From Bacteroidetes/Chlorobi group bacterium MS-B_bin-24 (lineage in GTDB: Bacteria; Bacteroidota; Ignavibacteria; Kapaibacteriales; UBA2268), in NCBI GenBank assembly GCA_003731685.1, contig RCNO01000001.1:53342-117341 (forward strand): 64,000 nt of DNA, in the 5' to 3' direction. The notes under the pieces were generated by a model that was not told the origin of the DNA, ran no database searches, and worked only from the letters and a program-made list of their open reading frames with translations. The position numbers and the translations under genes were made by a program. Below are positions 50,653 to 60,667 of the stretch, piece after piece (the first letter of the stretch is position 1; the number at the start of each line of letters is the position of its first letter).

Positions 50653-52252
50653 ACTCCTCCCCTAAAATTGATGGCAATTCAAATTGGTGATTCTTGAAAA
50701 TAGAGAAAAGTTGGTCGGATGTAATAATAATTTCAGCAAATTTTTTCTTATCGAAATTGAATGCAAAGTCTATTCGAACAATTCCAAGTTTCCCACTTGT
50801 TTTATCATTATGAATTCTTACACCAAAACCAGCAGAATTATGCCATCGTGCTTTAAAAATTTCCTGCTTTTGATTCCAGACCATTCCGCCATCGTAAAAA
50901 ATCGCACCAGAAAAATAAAAAATCCAAAAACGAAAGTCAGGGAAATAGCGAAATTCTAAATTTGCAACCAATCGGTTGTCTCCATTTAATTGATTTAAAG
51001 TGTAGCCACGAAGGTAATGTTTATCGTCCAAAAGCAATTGTCTGATACCACGCCAATTCCAAACAGTCTGCTGTTTAATTTGTGAAGCAAAAAGGAAATT
51101 GTTATTAAATCGATAAAACATTAACCCCCAAAATTCCTCGTAAGTGTTGAAGCCAATTGAATGGGCAAAGGCACTTCCACCAGCAAGACGACCAAAAAGG
51201 TAAAGCTTGGAATCATCGCTTAGGTAAGACTTTTCCCCTACCCCAGCGAGATAGAATGCATCTGTTCCAGAAGAATCAATTCTAAAAGTTTTTCCCAAAA
51301 TTGCACTTCCCCACCCCCCGACTGTTAAGTCCTCAGTCAAAAAAGTATTCAACCGAGAAGATTTGACAAAATTCTCGGAGATAGAAGAAAATGCCACAAA
51401 CAACCTACCTGAATTATCAAACGCACGAGCGTAATCTGGACTTCCGCGAATAACTTTGCGAATGTCAAGCAAACCCGTGATAAAGAGTCTATCCCCTTTT
51501 GACCAGCTATGGGAATACCACACTTTTCCACCCTTTTCGTAAAATTCCATCTTCCTATAACCATTGCTTCCAAGAAAGAAAAGGTCATTCCCGAAATTGT
51601 TGACAATTTGCACACCATAGGAATTTTCTGAATTACGGGAAAAGAAAGGGCGGTAAAATTCAAGGTTGTGCAAAGTTCGAAAACGATTAATAAAAAAATT
51701 GTAGTTTAATGAAAAATTTGAACGGAAAAGCCTTCGCTGAAAGAGTTTTAATCGAACTTGCATTCGGGTGTCGTTCTCACTTCGATACAATATTTCAGGG
51801 GTAAGAGTTGTCGCAGTCCCTAAAAAATTTAGTTCTTCGAGCCGAAAGCCAATTCTGTACGACTCTCCACCAGTTCCAAAAAGCAAAGCAGGATTGGTTG
51901 ACCATCTATCTTTGGTCAAAACATAAACATCATAGACCAGAGGTTCCAATGAATCAATCGAAATTTCCACTTTCGAAAAAAGATTCATCGAACGGAGGTT
52001 TTTCTCTGTCTCTATCAAAGCGTCGAAATCTGTCCACCCACCTTCTTCAAAGAGGAGTTCGTCCTTGATTACATACTCCCTTGTTAAAAAATGTAAAGAG
52101 TTGGCAAGTTTAGCAGCGAAAAACCAATCTCCACTGGTTGTATCGAAAACATCCAACCTGTTTATAAAAATTTTATTTACCCTAAATTCGGCGAAGGAAT
52201 AGAAATGAATTAAGGTAAACAAAACAAGGAAAATACTAGAACGAACGCTCAT
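50639..52252 (-). CDS. Omp85/surface antigen (D15)-like outer membrane beta-barrel protein
   Basis: Signal peptide. C-terminal barrel blocks typical of the BamA/TamA family (GFGVRI...GIVRIDFAF). Atypical acidic C-terminus (EEYEYE) instead of a terminal Phe. Confidence 0.4.
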   Translation of the reverse strand: MSVRSSIFLVLFTLIHFYSFAEFRVNKIFINRLDVFDTTSGDWFFAAKLANSLHFLTREYVIKDELLFEEGGWTDFDALIETEKNLRSMNLFSKVEISIDSLEPLVYDVYVLTKDRWSTNPALLFGTGGESYRIGFRLEELNFLGTATTLTPEILYRSENDTRMQVRLKLFQRRLFRSNFSLNYNFFINRFRTLHNLEFYRPFFSRNSENSYGVQIVNNFGNDLFFLGSNGYRKMEFYEKGGKVWYSHSWSKGDRLFITGLLDIRKVIRGSPDYARAFDNSGRLFVAFSSISENFVKSSRLNTFLTEDLTVGGWGSAILGKTFRIDSSGTDAFYLAGVGEKSYLSDDSKLYLFGRLAGGSAFAHSIGFNTYEEFWGLMFYRFNNNFLFASQIKQQTVWNWRGIRQLLLDDKHYLRGYTLNQLNGDNRLVANLEFRYFPDFRFWIFYFSGAIFYDGGMVWNQKQEIFKARWHNSAGFGVRIHNDKTSGKLGIVRIDFAFNFDKKKFAEIIITSDQLFSIFKNHQFELPSILGEEYEYE

Positions 52253-53222
52253 TGAGTTTGGTCAATAGATATTCTAACAATTTTGAACCATTATTTTGCG
52301 GTAGTTCTTGTAATGTTTCGAGGGACTTTTTATTGTATTTCCGAATAATGTCCTTGATATCTTCAAAAACTTCTAATCTATCGAACATTTCTATATATTC
52401 GGGAATTAAATCCACTGGTATTGTCTCATTCGAAAATATTTTGTCAATTAGTTTGCAATCTCCATCATTTTTTGCACGCTCACGAGCAAGTATTACAATA
52501 AGAGTTTTTTTCTTCTCTATAATGTCATTACCAATTCTTTTACCCAATTTAGACTTATCGGCAGTCAAATCCAACAAATCATCTTGCAACTGGAATGCTA
52601 TTCCAAGATTCAAGCCGAGTTCCTTAAGGTATTCAATGTCCCTTTCTATTGCTCCGCCGCACAAACCACCAAGAACAAGGCTCGTTTGAAGAACAGCAGC
52701 CGTTTTCTTACGAACCATCAAAAAATAATCTTCTTCGGAAACATCCTTTTTGTTGTTAAAAAGCATATCCAAAGCTTGTCCTTCGCACACTTCAATATAT
52801 CCGTAGGTGAAATACTCAATCATCTTACCGAAATTTACGTAGTTTGAATAGTTCGACAAGGTTTTCAAAGCCAAACCAATCATTGCATCTCCCGAAAGGA
52901 TAGCAGTTGGCAAGTCCCATTTTAGATGGATTGTGGTTTTGCCTCTGCGTAAAGGCGAATTATCCATAATATCATCGTGGACAAGAGTAAAATTGTGCAA
53001 TATTTCAATGGCGAGTCCTGCGTCAATTGCTTCGTATGGGTCTCCGCCAGCTGTTTCACAAGCGAACATACACAAAAGTGGTCTAATCCTTTTACCACCA
53101 TCAGAGAGAATATATTCTATTGGTGCATAGAGATTTTCGGGCTCTCTGGCTTTGACAACTTCCGTTAGTCTTTCGTTGATTAGGCTTATGTAATGTTCAA
53201 GAATAGATTCATAATCTTCCAT
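52236..53222 (-). CDS. polyprenyl diphosphate synthase (trans-isoprenyl diphosphate synthase)
   Basis: FARM (DDIMD) and SARM (DDLLD) motifs. 328 aa. Confidence 0.8.
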   Translation of the reverse strand: MEDYESILEHYISLINERLTEVVKAREPENLYAPIEYILSDGGKRIRPLLCMFACETAGGDPYEAIDAGLAIEILHNFTLVHDDIMDNSPLRRGKTTIHLKWDLPTAILSGDAMIGLALKTLSNYSNYVNFGKMIEYFTYGYIEVCEGQALDMLFNNKKDVSEEDYFLMVRKKTAAVLQTSLVLGGLCGGAIERDIEYLKELGLNLGIAFQLQDDLLDLTADKSKLGKRIGNDIIEKKKTLIVILARERAKNDGDCKLIDKIFSNETIPVDLIPEYIEMFDRLEVFEDIKDIIRKYNKKSLETLQELPQNNGSKLLEYLLTKLNERSF

Positions 53223-53223
53223 C

Positions 53224-54312
53224 TTATGCCCTTATATAATACTTTCCCGGTAATTGTTTAATCAGTCCTTTAAATTCAAAATTCAAAAGACGGTACAAAA
53301 GTTCAGAGATATCCATTTCTAATTCTTCTGCAAGAACGTCTATATGCTTAGGTTCAGAAGTTATGTTGTTGTAAATCAAACTATCTACTTCGTCTTCGAA
53401 AGTATTTTCCTCCTTAGCAGCATCAAAATCCAATTTATCTTTAATAATTCCAAGTTCATACAGAACATCCTCTGCCGAAAGAGCCAGTTTTGCAATATTG
53501 TTTTTAATCATATAATTTGTTCCACGACTTTTTGGAGAATTAATATTTCCGGGAACGGCGAACACTTCTCTATTTTGGTCGAAGGCAAAGCGTGCAGTAA
53601 TCATCGCTCCACCTTTTACATCACTTTCCACAACTACCGTAGCAATAGATATTCCACTGATAATCCTATTCCTTTGTGGAAAATAAGCAGGAAGTGCTCG
53701 TGTTCCAAATTTATATTCCGAAATAACTGCCCCACTGTTTTCAATTATCTTATCAATCAATTGTCTGGTTATGCTCGATGTAACACAATCAAGACCGTTT
53801 GCAAGAACTCCGTAGGTAATCCCTTTGCCTTCGATTGCCGATAGATGTGAAAAGGTATCAATACCATAAGCAAGACCACTTGTAACAATAACACCATTCT
53901 CTGCAAATGTTCGGGCAAAACTTTCAGCAGTTAATTTCCCATAAGTTGTAGATTTTCGAGTCCCAACCATAGAAATAGAAGTTCCATCGGGAACTAAATT
54001 CCCTTTGACAAATAGCACCAAAGGTGGATATTGAATTTCTTTCAGCATTCGGGGATAATCAAAGTCCCAAAATGTAATTACTCTTGCCCCAAAACTTTCG
54101 GCTTTAAACATCTGGCTTTCTGCTTCGTGCCTCGCAAAAATCAACTTTTCGTATGTTCCAACAAATTCAGGCAGATGTTGGGAACGCTCGTTTTCGACTA
54201 TGAAAGCCAAGAAATGGTCAAAGTTTTGAAAATTTTCGATTATTGATTTCAACTTTGGTTGTGGAGCAATTTTGGAAATTGTCAATGCAAGTATTTCATC
54301 AGTTGACCACAT
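53224..54312 (-). CDS. dprA: DNA processing protein DprA (Smf)
   Basis: Rossmann-like DprA domain blocks (GTRKSTTYG, VTSGLAYGID). C-terminal winged-helix extension. Confidence 0.8.
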   Translation of the reverse strand: MWSTDEILALTISKIAPQPKLKSIIENFQNFDHFLAFIVENERSQHLPEFVGTYEKLIFARHEAESQMFKAESFGARVITFWDFDYPRMLKEIQYPPLVLFVKGNLVPDGTSISMVGTRKSTTYGKLTAESFARTFAENGVIVTSGLAYGIDTFSHLSAIEGKGITYGVLANGLDCVTSSITRQLIDKIIENSGAVISEYKFGTRALPAYFPQRNRIISGISIATVVVESDVKGGAMITARFAFDQNREVFAVPGNINSPKSRGTNYMIKNNIAKLALSAEDVLYELGIIKDKLDFDAAKEENTFEDEVDSLIYNNITSEPKHIDVLAEELEMDISELLYRLLNFEFKGLIKQLPGKYYIRA

Positions 54313-55018
54313 TTTTAATCAATCCTTGTCTTTTTATCTCACATAGAAAGATTCCACAAGTAACAGCAACATTTAAGGAATCCACATCACGTGATATTGG
54401 AATTTGCACAACAACATCAGAAAATTTAATCAATTCATCGGAAATTCCTTTTCCTTCGTTCCCAAAGATTAAAGCAAATTTTTCAGAAAATTCAAATTTA
54501 AACAAGTCGATTGAAAAATCGGTAACCTCGCAGGCTATAATTTGGTAACCTTTGTTACGAAGATGCGTCAAGTCTTGGGTTAAATCTTCGGAATGACGAA
54601 CTTTTAGGTAGAAAACATTCCCCATAGAAACTCTAACAGCCCGACGAAGATAGGGACTTGTTGAATATTTATCGACAATTACAGAATCGAACCCAAAAGC
54701 TCTGCAATTCCTCATCATCAAGCCAACGTTTTCGGAATTGTTGATTTGATTCAAAACCACAACCTTTTCCGAAAAGTCTTCCAACGAAGCATCTTCGGGC
54801 TGAAAACCAATTGCCATTATCCCCGAATGAAGATGAAAACCAACAATGGTTTCCATTAAACTTTTCGAAGCAAAAAATTGCTTATCATCAGGAACATCTT
54901 TCGCTTGAATCAATGAATAATGCTTTTCGTAAAAATCCAAAGTAGCAAACACAGAGTGAACTTTCAAAGGACTGGATAAGAGCCGAAGTACAACCTTTTC
55001 GCCTTCGGCTATAAACAC
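54299..55018 (-). CDS. TrmH/SpoU family RNA 2'-O-methyltransferase
   Basis: 239 aa. SPOUT motifs (LIFGNEGKGIS, IPISRDVDSLNVAV). Confidence 0.7.
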   Translation of the reverse strand: MFIAEGEKVVLRLLSSPLKVHSVFATLDFYEKHYSLIQAKDVPDDKQFFASKSLMETIVGFHLHSGIMAIGFQPEDASLEDFSEKVVVLNQINNSENVGLMMRNCRAFGFDSVIVDKYSTSPYLRRAVRVSMGNVFYLKVRHSEDLTQDLTHLRNKGYQIIACEVTDFSIDLFKFEFSEKFALIFGNEGKGISDELIKFSDVVVQIPISRDVDSLNVAVTCGIFLCEIKRQGLIKNVVN

Positions 55019-55115
55019 ACGCTATTGAATATGTAACGGTGGTGTGTATCGTAAACTCCTGTAAAACTCGACTCTCGGGTCGTTCAAATCTTTAATTTCT
55101 ACCATTAATTAGGTT

Positions 55116-55718
55116 TTATTTTCTGACTTTTCTAATTTTCATTTCAATTTTTTCGACGGGACTGCTCACTTCGGAGCTTTTTGGTTGTTTCTCTACTTTT
55201 GTATTTTCCACTTTGTCGAGCACATCAAAACCATCGATAACTTCGCCAAAGATGGTATATTTTCCATCGAGCCAAGGAGCATCTTTAAAACAAATGAAAA
55301 ATTGAGAAGTAGCACTATTTGGGTCTTGGGTCCTTGCAGCAGAAATCGTTCCCCTTTTATGTTTCAAATCGCTGAATTCCGCTGGGACTGTCTTTTGAGA
55401 TGGGTCGCCATATCCCCAGGTATCTTTAGGCTTCGACTTAGAATTTGGGTCACCTCCTTGCATCATAAAACCTTTGACAACGCGATGGAAGGCTGTTCCA
55501 TCGTAGAAACCTATTGAAACCAGGCTATCGAAATTTCGACAGTGCCGAGGAGCAACATCGGGAAAAAGGCGAATCTTAATATCCCCAAGTTCTTTATCGC
55601 CTTGCTTCAAAGAAATAATGTAAGTCCAATCATCCATTTGATTTTTTCCCTTGCAATTTAACAAATCTGTGTTTAATGCAAATGCAAATAAAAAAACCAA
55701 AAGCAACCAACTTTTCAT
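55116..55718 (-). CDS. cyclophilin-type peptidyl-prolyl cis-trans isomerase, secreted
   Basis: Signal peptide. Cyclophilin blocks (FHRVVKGFMMQGGDP, ISAARTQDPNSATSQFFI). Confidence 0.85.
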   Translation of the reverse strand: MKSWLLLVFLFAFALNTDLLNCKGKNQMDDWTYIISLKQGDKELGDIKIRLFPDVAPRHCRNFDSLVSIGFYDGTAFHRVVKGFMMQGGDPNSKSKPKDTWGYGDPSQKTVPAEFSDLKHKRGTISAARTQDPNSATSQFFICFKDAPWLDGKYTIFGEVIDGFDVLDKVENTKVEKQPKSSEVSSPVEKIEMKIRKVRK

Positions 55719-55811
55719 AACAAACCCAAATTAATGTAAAAATACAAATTTAAAGGTTTTAGAATAAACCAAAGGGTATAATTCATAAAATTTTCTTAAT
55801 TTTGCGTGCCT

Positions 55812-55893
55812 GCGGATGTGGCGGAATTGGCAGACGCGCTAGACTTAGGATCTAGTGGGGCAACCCGTGGGAGTTCGAGTCTCCCCATCCGCA
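55812..55893 (+). tRNA. tRNA-Leu (anticodon TAG)
   Basis: Acceptor GCGGATG/CATCCGC. Anticodon stem-loop CTAGA-CTTAGGA-TCTAG. Long variable arm. T-arm GGGAGTTCGAGTCTCCC. Confidence 0.85.
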
Positions 55894-55923
55894 CGTTTTG
55901 TTTTTTTATTTGGAGTAAAAATC

Positions 55924-57411
55924 GTGGATATTACTATTAATCAGCTTGATGGTGCAACTCGTGAACTAATTATTTCTATCCCAAAAAGCGAGTTCGAAGA
56001 AAAATTGAACGAGCAATTCCTTGAAGCTCAAAAGTATATCAATTTAAAAGGCTTCCGTCCCGGTAAGGCTCCCATTAAACTTATAAAAAGTTTATATGGG
56101 AAAGAAATTGAACAAGATTTTATTGGTGATTATGCAACAGAAGTATTTCAAAAGGCTGTCGATTCAAAAGAAATTCAATTCGTTGGCAAACCAACATTAA
56201 AACAATTTCAAAAAGAAGACGAAAAAGTTACTTTCACTTTTCAATACGATATCATTCCAGACTTTACACTGAATGAATATAAAGGATTGAAAATTTATGA
56301 ACCAATCCATAGAGTAAGCGATGAAGAAATTGAACATGAAATTTTACATCGCAGGTTACATTCTGCTCAAGTTCTTAAAGCCGATGAAATAGCCAATGAA
56401 TTTTTCATTGTTTCGGTCGACATTTTCAAAATTGACCAAACAACAAAGGAACCTATCCCCGAGGTCCCCCCACAAACAACCACAATTCTTCTTCATTCCG
56501 AAACTGTACCGACGGATTTGCGGAATCTGTTTATTGGTCGCAAAACAGGAGACAGTTTCCTTTATAATCCTCACGAAATGGATAGTTCTGCCGAAAACGA
56601 AGAAGTTCTTATCAAAATAAAAGAAGTACATCAGCTGGTTCTGGAAGATTTCGACGACGAATTTGTAAAAAGATACACAAATGGACGACTTTCGACCACC
56701 GATGAATTTAAAGAAGAAATTGGGTATTCTCTCCAAGAAAAATGGGACCTTCGCAGCAACGACGAAATGGTTAAACAAGTAATCAAACAATTGGTTGAAT
56801 CACACGAATTCGATCTCCCCACAAGTGTTGTTTACGAAACGGCAATGAAGTTAAGCGAAGATTTTATAAAGAAATATTCCGATAGATATCCAGCACTTAA
56901 AGGCAAAAAGCCCAGCGATGTTCTCGAAGATTTTGTTCCAATAGCGATTAGCCAAGTTAAATGGGCTATCATTAAAAAGAAAATTATCGAAAAAGAAAAC
57001 ATTCAATTGGAAGATTACGACATTGATTCTTTGGTTCAAGAATACAAAATGCAGAATCCTAATCTTCCCGAAGAAGAAATCAAATCTTACATTCTCAACA
57101 ATAAACACATTACCGACACTTTGCTCGAGAAGAAGGTTTTGGACTTCCTTATTGGTTTTGCCGAAACAATTGAGATTGACTTCGATGAATACGAAAAGCT
57201 CCAAGAAGAAACAGAACAGGAAGAAGCCGAAAATGAAAGCGACATAAACGCAGAAGAAAGGCAATTGGAAAGTTCCGAGCAAACAACTTCGGAAATTGAA
57301 CCTTCGCAAGAAAACGAGCAAATGACGTCGAACACCGAGCCCGAAGAAATCGAAAACGAATCTGATAAAGCAAAGGTAAGCAGCGAAGTTTCTGGACTAA
57401 ACAAGGAATAA
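55924..57411 (+). CDS. tig: trigger factor with long acidic C-terminal extension
   Basis: N-terminal ribosome-binding domain, FKBP-like region, upstream of clpP-clpX. Track start 55855 would run through the tRNA. A GTG at 55924 follows a GGAG RBS and gives an N-terminus (VDITINQLDG...) matching typical Tig. Confidence 0.8.
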   Translation: MDITINQLDGATRELIISIPKSEFEEKLNEQFLEAQKYINLKGFRPGKAPIKLIKSLYGKEIEQDFIGDYATEVFQKAVDSKEIQFVGKPTLKQFQKEDEKVTFTFQYDIIPDFTLNEYKGLKIYEPIHRVSDEEIEHEILHRRLHSAQVLKADEIANEFFIVSVDIFKIDQTTKEPIPEVPPQTTTILLHSETVPTDLRNLFIGRKTGDSFLYNPHEMDSSAENEEVLIKIKEVHQLVLEDFDDEFVKRYTNGRLSTTDEFKEEIGYSLQEKWDLRSNDEMVKQVIKQLVESHEFDLPTSVVYETAMKLSEDFIKKYSDRYPALKGKKPSDVLEDFVPIAISQVKWAIIKKKIIEKENIQLEDYDIDSLVQEYKMQNPNLPEEEIKSYILNNKHITDTLLEKKVLDFLIGFAETIEIDFDEYEKLQEETEQEEAENESDINAEERQLESSEQTTSEIEPSQENEQMTSNTEPEEIENESDKAKVSSEVSGLNKE

Positions 57412-57465
57412 ATACTTTTTCTTTAATTTTTCCGTCTTTTTCTTTTTTTAAAAAGGGAATTTAAT

Positions 57466-58086
57466 ATGTATGACCAGTTAGTCCCAATTGTTATAGAACA
57501 AACTCCACGCGGAGAGCGAGCCTACGATATTTATTCTCGCCTTCTGAAAGAAAGAATTATCTTCATCGGAACCCCAATCGACGATAATGTTGCAAGCCTT
57601 GTTATTGCCCAGATGCTGTTTCTTCAAAGCGAAGACCCAAACAAAGACATTCACCTTTATATCAACTCACCGGGTGGAAGTGTTACTGCTGGATTGGCTA
57701 TATACGATACGATGCAATATGTTGCACCCGATGTTGTTACAATTTGTATGGGAATGGCAGCATCGATGGCACAAGTTCTTCTTTGTGCAGGAGCCCCCGG
57801 AAAACGCTATGCCCTGCCCCATTCCAGAATTTTAATGCACCAACCTACGGGCGGGACACAAGGTCAGACGACCGATATCGAAATTTACACCCGCGAAATG
57901 CTTCGCATCAGGGATATGCTTTACGAAATTATTGCTAAACACACAAACAAAGATATTGAAAAAATCATAAAAGACGCAGACCGCGATTACTATATGTCTG
58001 CCCAAGAGGCTTTGGATTACGGAATAATCGATAAAATTTTGACCAAAGCACCAAAACCTGCAACAAAAGAAGAAGAGAAGAAGTAA
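57466..58086 (+). CDS. clpP: ATP-dependent Clp protease proteolytic subunit
   Basis: 206 aa. Catalytic Ser (GMAASMA), His and Asp blocks are present. Very high similarity to the ClpP family. Confidence 0.95.
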   Translation: MYDQLVPIVIEQTPRGERAYDIYSRLLKERIIFIGTPIDDNVASLVIAQMLFLQSEDPNKDIHLYINSPGGSVTAGLAIYDTMQYVAPDVVTICMGMAASMAQVLLCAGAPGKRYALPHSRILMHQPTGGTQGQTTDIEIYTREMLRIRDMLYEIIAKHTNKDIEKIIKDADRDYYMSAQEALDYGIIDKILTKAPKPATKEEEKK

Positions 58087-59339
58087 TGGCATACAAAAAG
58101 TACTCTACCCAAGAAATACATTATTGTTCTTTCTGCGGTAGAAGTCAATTCGAAGTCGAAGGCTTTGTCGAAGGACAAAACAAAGTCCTAATCTGTAATT
58201 TTTGTATCGAAAGCACATACGAAATTATAAAAAACAAGCGATTCGAAAGATTTCTGAAAGAAAATCAACTGGAAAAAATTCCAACACCGAGCCAAATCAA
58301 GCAAAAGCTCGACGAGTATGTCATTGGTCAAGATTACGCCAAGCAAGTCCTTTCTGTTGCTGTTTACAACCATTACAAAAGAATTCTGTTGAATTTTACA
58401 AACGATACTGACGTTGATGTAGACAAAAGCAACATACTGCTAATTGGTCCAACGGGAACAGGGAAAACGCTTTTGGCACAAACATTGGCAAAAATCCTGC
58501 GAGTCCCCTTTGCTATTGCCGACGCTACCACAATAACCGAAGCTGGATACGTAGGCGACGACGTTGAAACAGTAATTGTCCGACTACTTCAAAGTGCCAA
58601 TTATAACATTGGGCTTGCTGAAATCGGGATTGTATACATCGACGAAATAGATAAAATTTCGAGGAAAAGCGATTCGCCTTCGATTACTCGGGATGTTTCT
58701 GGCGAAGGTGTTCAACAAGCTCTCTTAAAGATTCTCGAAGGAACCATTGCTGGTGTTCCACCACAAGGTGGTCGCAAACACCCCGAACAAAAGCTACTTT
58801 ATGTTAACACAAAGAATATTTTGTTCATTTGTGGAGGTGCCTTTGTTGGACTCGAACAAATCGTTGCCAAGCGTCTCCGAAAAACAACTATTGGCTTTAC
58901 AGCCGAGGTCCATCCTTCAGTTGAGGAAACTTCTGCACTTCTGCGAAAAGTTGAACCCAACGATTTAATAAAATATGGATTTATTCCAGAGCTTGTTGGG
59001 CGTCTCCCTGTGATTGCTCCATTGGAAGATTTAACCGACGAAGCTTTGAAACGGATTCTGATTGAACCGAAGAACGCAATCATCAAGCAATTCAAGAAAC
59101 TTTTCCAAATGGATGGCATCGAGCTCGAATTCACCGAAGACGCGCTCGATGCTATCGTAGCAAAAGCAAAAGAACTCAAAACTGGCGCCCGAAGCCTTCG
59201 CGCAATTGTCGAAGAAATTATGCTACCAATTCAATTCCAAGTTCCCGACTTACAGAACTTGCGAAAATGTATCATCACCCAAGATGTTATCGAGAATGGC
59301 GCACCACCAATTTATGAATACAAGAAGGGAGCCGCCTAA
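58086..59339 (+). CDS. clpX: ATP-dependent Clp protease ATP-binding subunit ClpX
   Basis: N-terminal C4 zinc finger (CSFCG...CNFC), Walker A GPTGTGKT, Walker B, sensor motifs. Start overlaps the clpP stop (TAATG). Confidence 0.95.
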   Translation: MAYKKYSTQEIHYCSFCGRSQFEVEGFVEGQNKVLICNFCIESTYEIIKNKRFERFLKENQLEKIPTPSQIKQKLDEYVIGQDYAKQVLSVAVYNHYKRILLNFTNDTDVDVDKSNILLIGPTGTGKTLLAQTLAKILRVPFAIADATTITEAGYVGDDVETVIVRLLQSANYNIGLAEIGIVYIDEIDKISRKSDSPSITRDVSGEGVQQALLKILEGTIAGVPPQGGRKHPEQKLLYVNTKNILFICGGAFVGLEQIVAKRLRKTTIGFTAEVHPSVEETSALLRKVEPNDLIKYGFIPELVGRLPVIAPLEDLTDEALKRILIEPKNAIIKQFKKLFQMDGIELEFTEDALDAIVAKAKELKTGARSLRAIVEEIMLPIQFQVPDLQNLRKCIITQDVIENGAPPIYEYKKGAA

Positions 59340-59344
59340 GTTAT

Positions 59345-60598
59345 CTATTTGAATTCCTTGAGAATGTCTTTAACAGCGTCTTTGTGAATAGTGAAACTTA
59401 GCATTTTTAGCTTGACAAAGTCTTCGTGATAGAAATAATATCCCTTGTTTTTACCATTAAAAGAGCCACTCCCAGAATCTTTAATCAAGAACCACATTTT
59501 CCCCGATGGGTCGACTTTGTAACCAACTAAATGTATTCCGTGGTCATCGCCAGTTGTGTAGTTCGAAAATCTCATCTGACGAGCATTTTCATCAATATAA
59601 TCCGAAGGTATGTCGAATGTAGGCACAATAGCAACTTCATAATGAGATTCAATCCCGGGCTCCGAAACATCCCCTCCAATAATCATCGTATAGCCTTTTT
59701 GAATTGAATTTTTAATTATACTCATAAAAACATCCAAAGGAACATTATAATAAGTTGAGTCGTGCCACCAATTATCCTGAACTTCCAGTTTCGCTTTCGT
59801 ATAATATGGCTTTTCCATAAGGGACATAAAATCTATATAATCGTTCAAATTCAACTTCAAATATTCAGAAAGAAAACTTTTTGGTGTAAAATTTTTATTT
59901 TCGTAGACAAAGCTCTGCGGAGGCTCGCCCATATATTTATTCAAAATGCTTTTTATTGTGCTGACCACAAATTCCTCGTTCCAATAGTTATTTTTCTTAA
60001 CGCTTTTCAAAAATTCATCCATTTCATAAAACATTTTGGTGTGGTCGTAAAATTTCTGGTCGGGCAATTTCCCTTGGTAAACATCCAAAGGCACTATTCC
60101 ATACTTATTCCAAATTCTTCGAACTGCATTCGACTCACTTCCTTCGCCAAAGAACGACTCACCACGAGTTTCCACAAAATACCTTGCTTTTTCGACATAT
60201 TCCCAATACACGGTGTACATTTCTGAAAGCTTCACTTTCTTCCCCGTAAGTCTGTAAATTTCCGATTCATAAAACGATGTTGTCGAAAAGCTCCAGCAAG
60301 TACCCGTTGCCCCTTGCGACCGTGGTTCGTTATGCCAGAAATACTTAAATTCATCCTTTGATTTCGGCAAGGTAGTAGTATCGAAATCGACTATAAAACG
60401 GGGTTTCTTTTTCTCGGGCTTTTTCCAGTATTGTTCTGTTGCCTTGTGGATTTCATCCCAGAACTCGTTTTTGTATTCAACGAACTTACCTTTGTTTTTT
60501 GGTTGCTCGCTGAAAGTGTTGTTGGAAGAAATGATAAAAATTGCAATTAAAATTACCCAAATATTCCTAACCATTTTACCTCCAAATAAAAAAGGCAA
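59345..60598 (-). CDS. pepC: aminopeptidase C / bleomycin hydrolase (C1B papain-like cysteine peptidase)
   Basis: Catalytic Cys block QGATGTCWSFS. C1B architecture, about 410 aa. The real start is probably the internal ATG (MVRNIW) around 60574, which is preceded by GGAGG. Confidence 0.8.
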   Translation of the reverse strand: MPFLFGGKMVRNIWVILIAIFIISSNNTFSEQPKNKGKFVEYKNEFWDEIHKATEQYWKKPEKKKPRFIVDFDTTTLPKSKDEFKYFWHNEPRSQGATGTCWSFSTTSFYESEIYRLTGKKVKLSEMYTVYWEYVEKARYFVETRGESFFGEGSESNAVRRIWNKYGIVPLDVYQGKLPDQKFYDHTKMFYEMDEFLKSVKKNNYWNEEFVVSTIKSILNKYMGEPPQSFVYENKNFTPKSFLSEYLKLNLNDYIDFMSLMEKPYYTKAKLEVQDNWWHDSTYYNVPLDVFMSIIKNSIQKGYTMIIGGDVSEPGIESHYEVAIVPTFDIPSDYIDENARQMRFSNYTTGDDHGIHLVGYKVDPSGKMWFLIKDSGSGSFNGKNKGYYFYHEDFVKLKMLSFTIHKDAVKDILKEFK

Positions 60599-60667
60599 AA
60601 TTAAAAAAACAAATCAAGTCTTGTTGCCAAACAATTACTTATTTTTGTAATTTATTGAATCACTTTT

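Noticed and set aside
55855-55923. ORF-track N-terminus of trigger factor (MGQPVGVRVSPS...)
   Set aside because: This segment is the 3' half of tRNA-Leu(TAG) read in-frame. The real start is the downstream GTG with its RBS.
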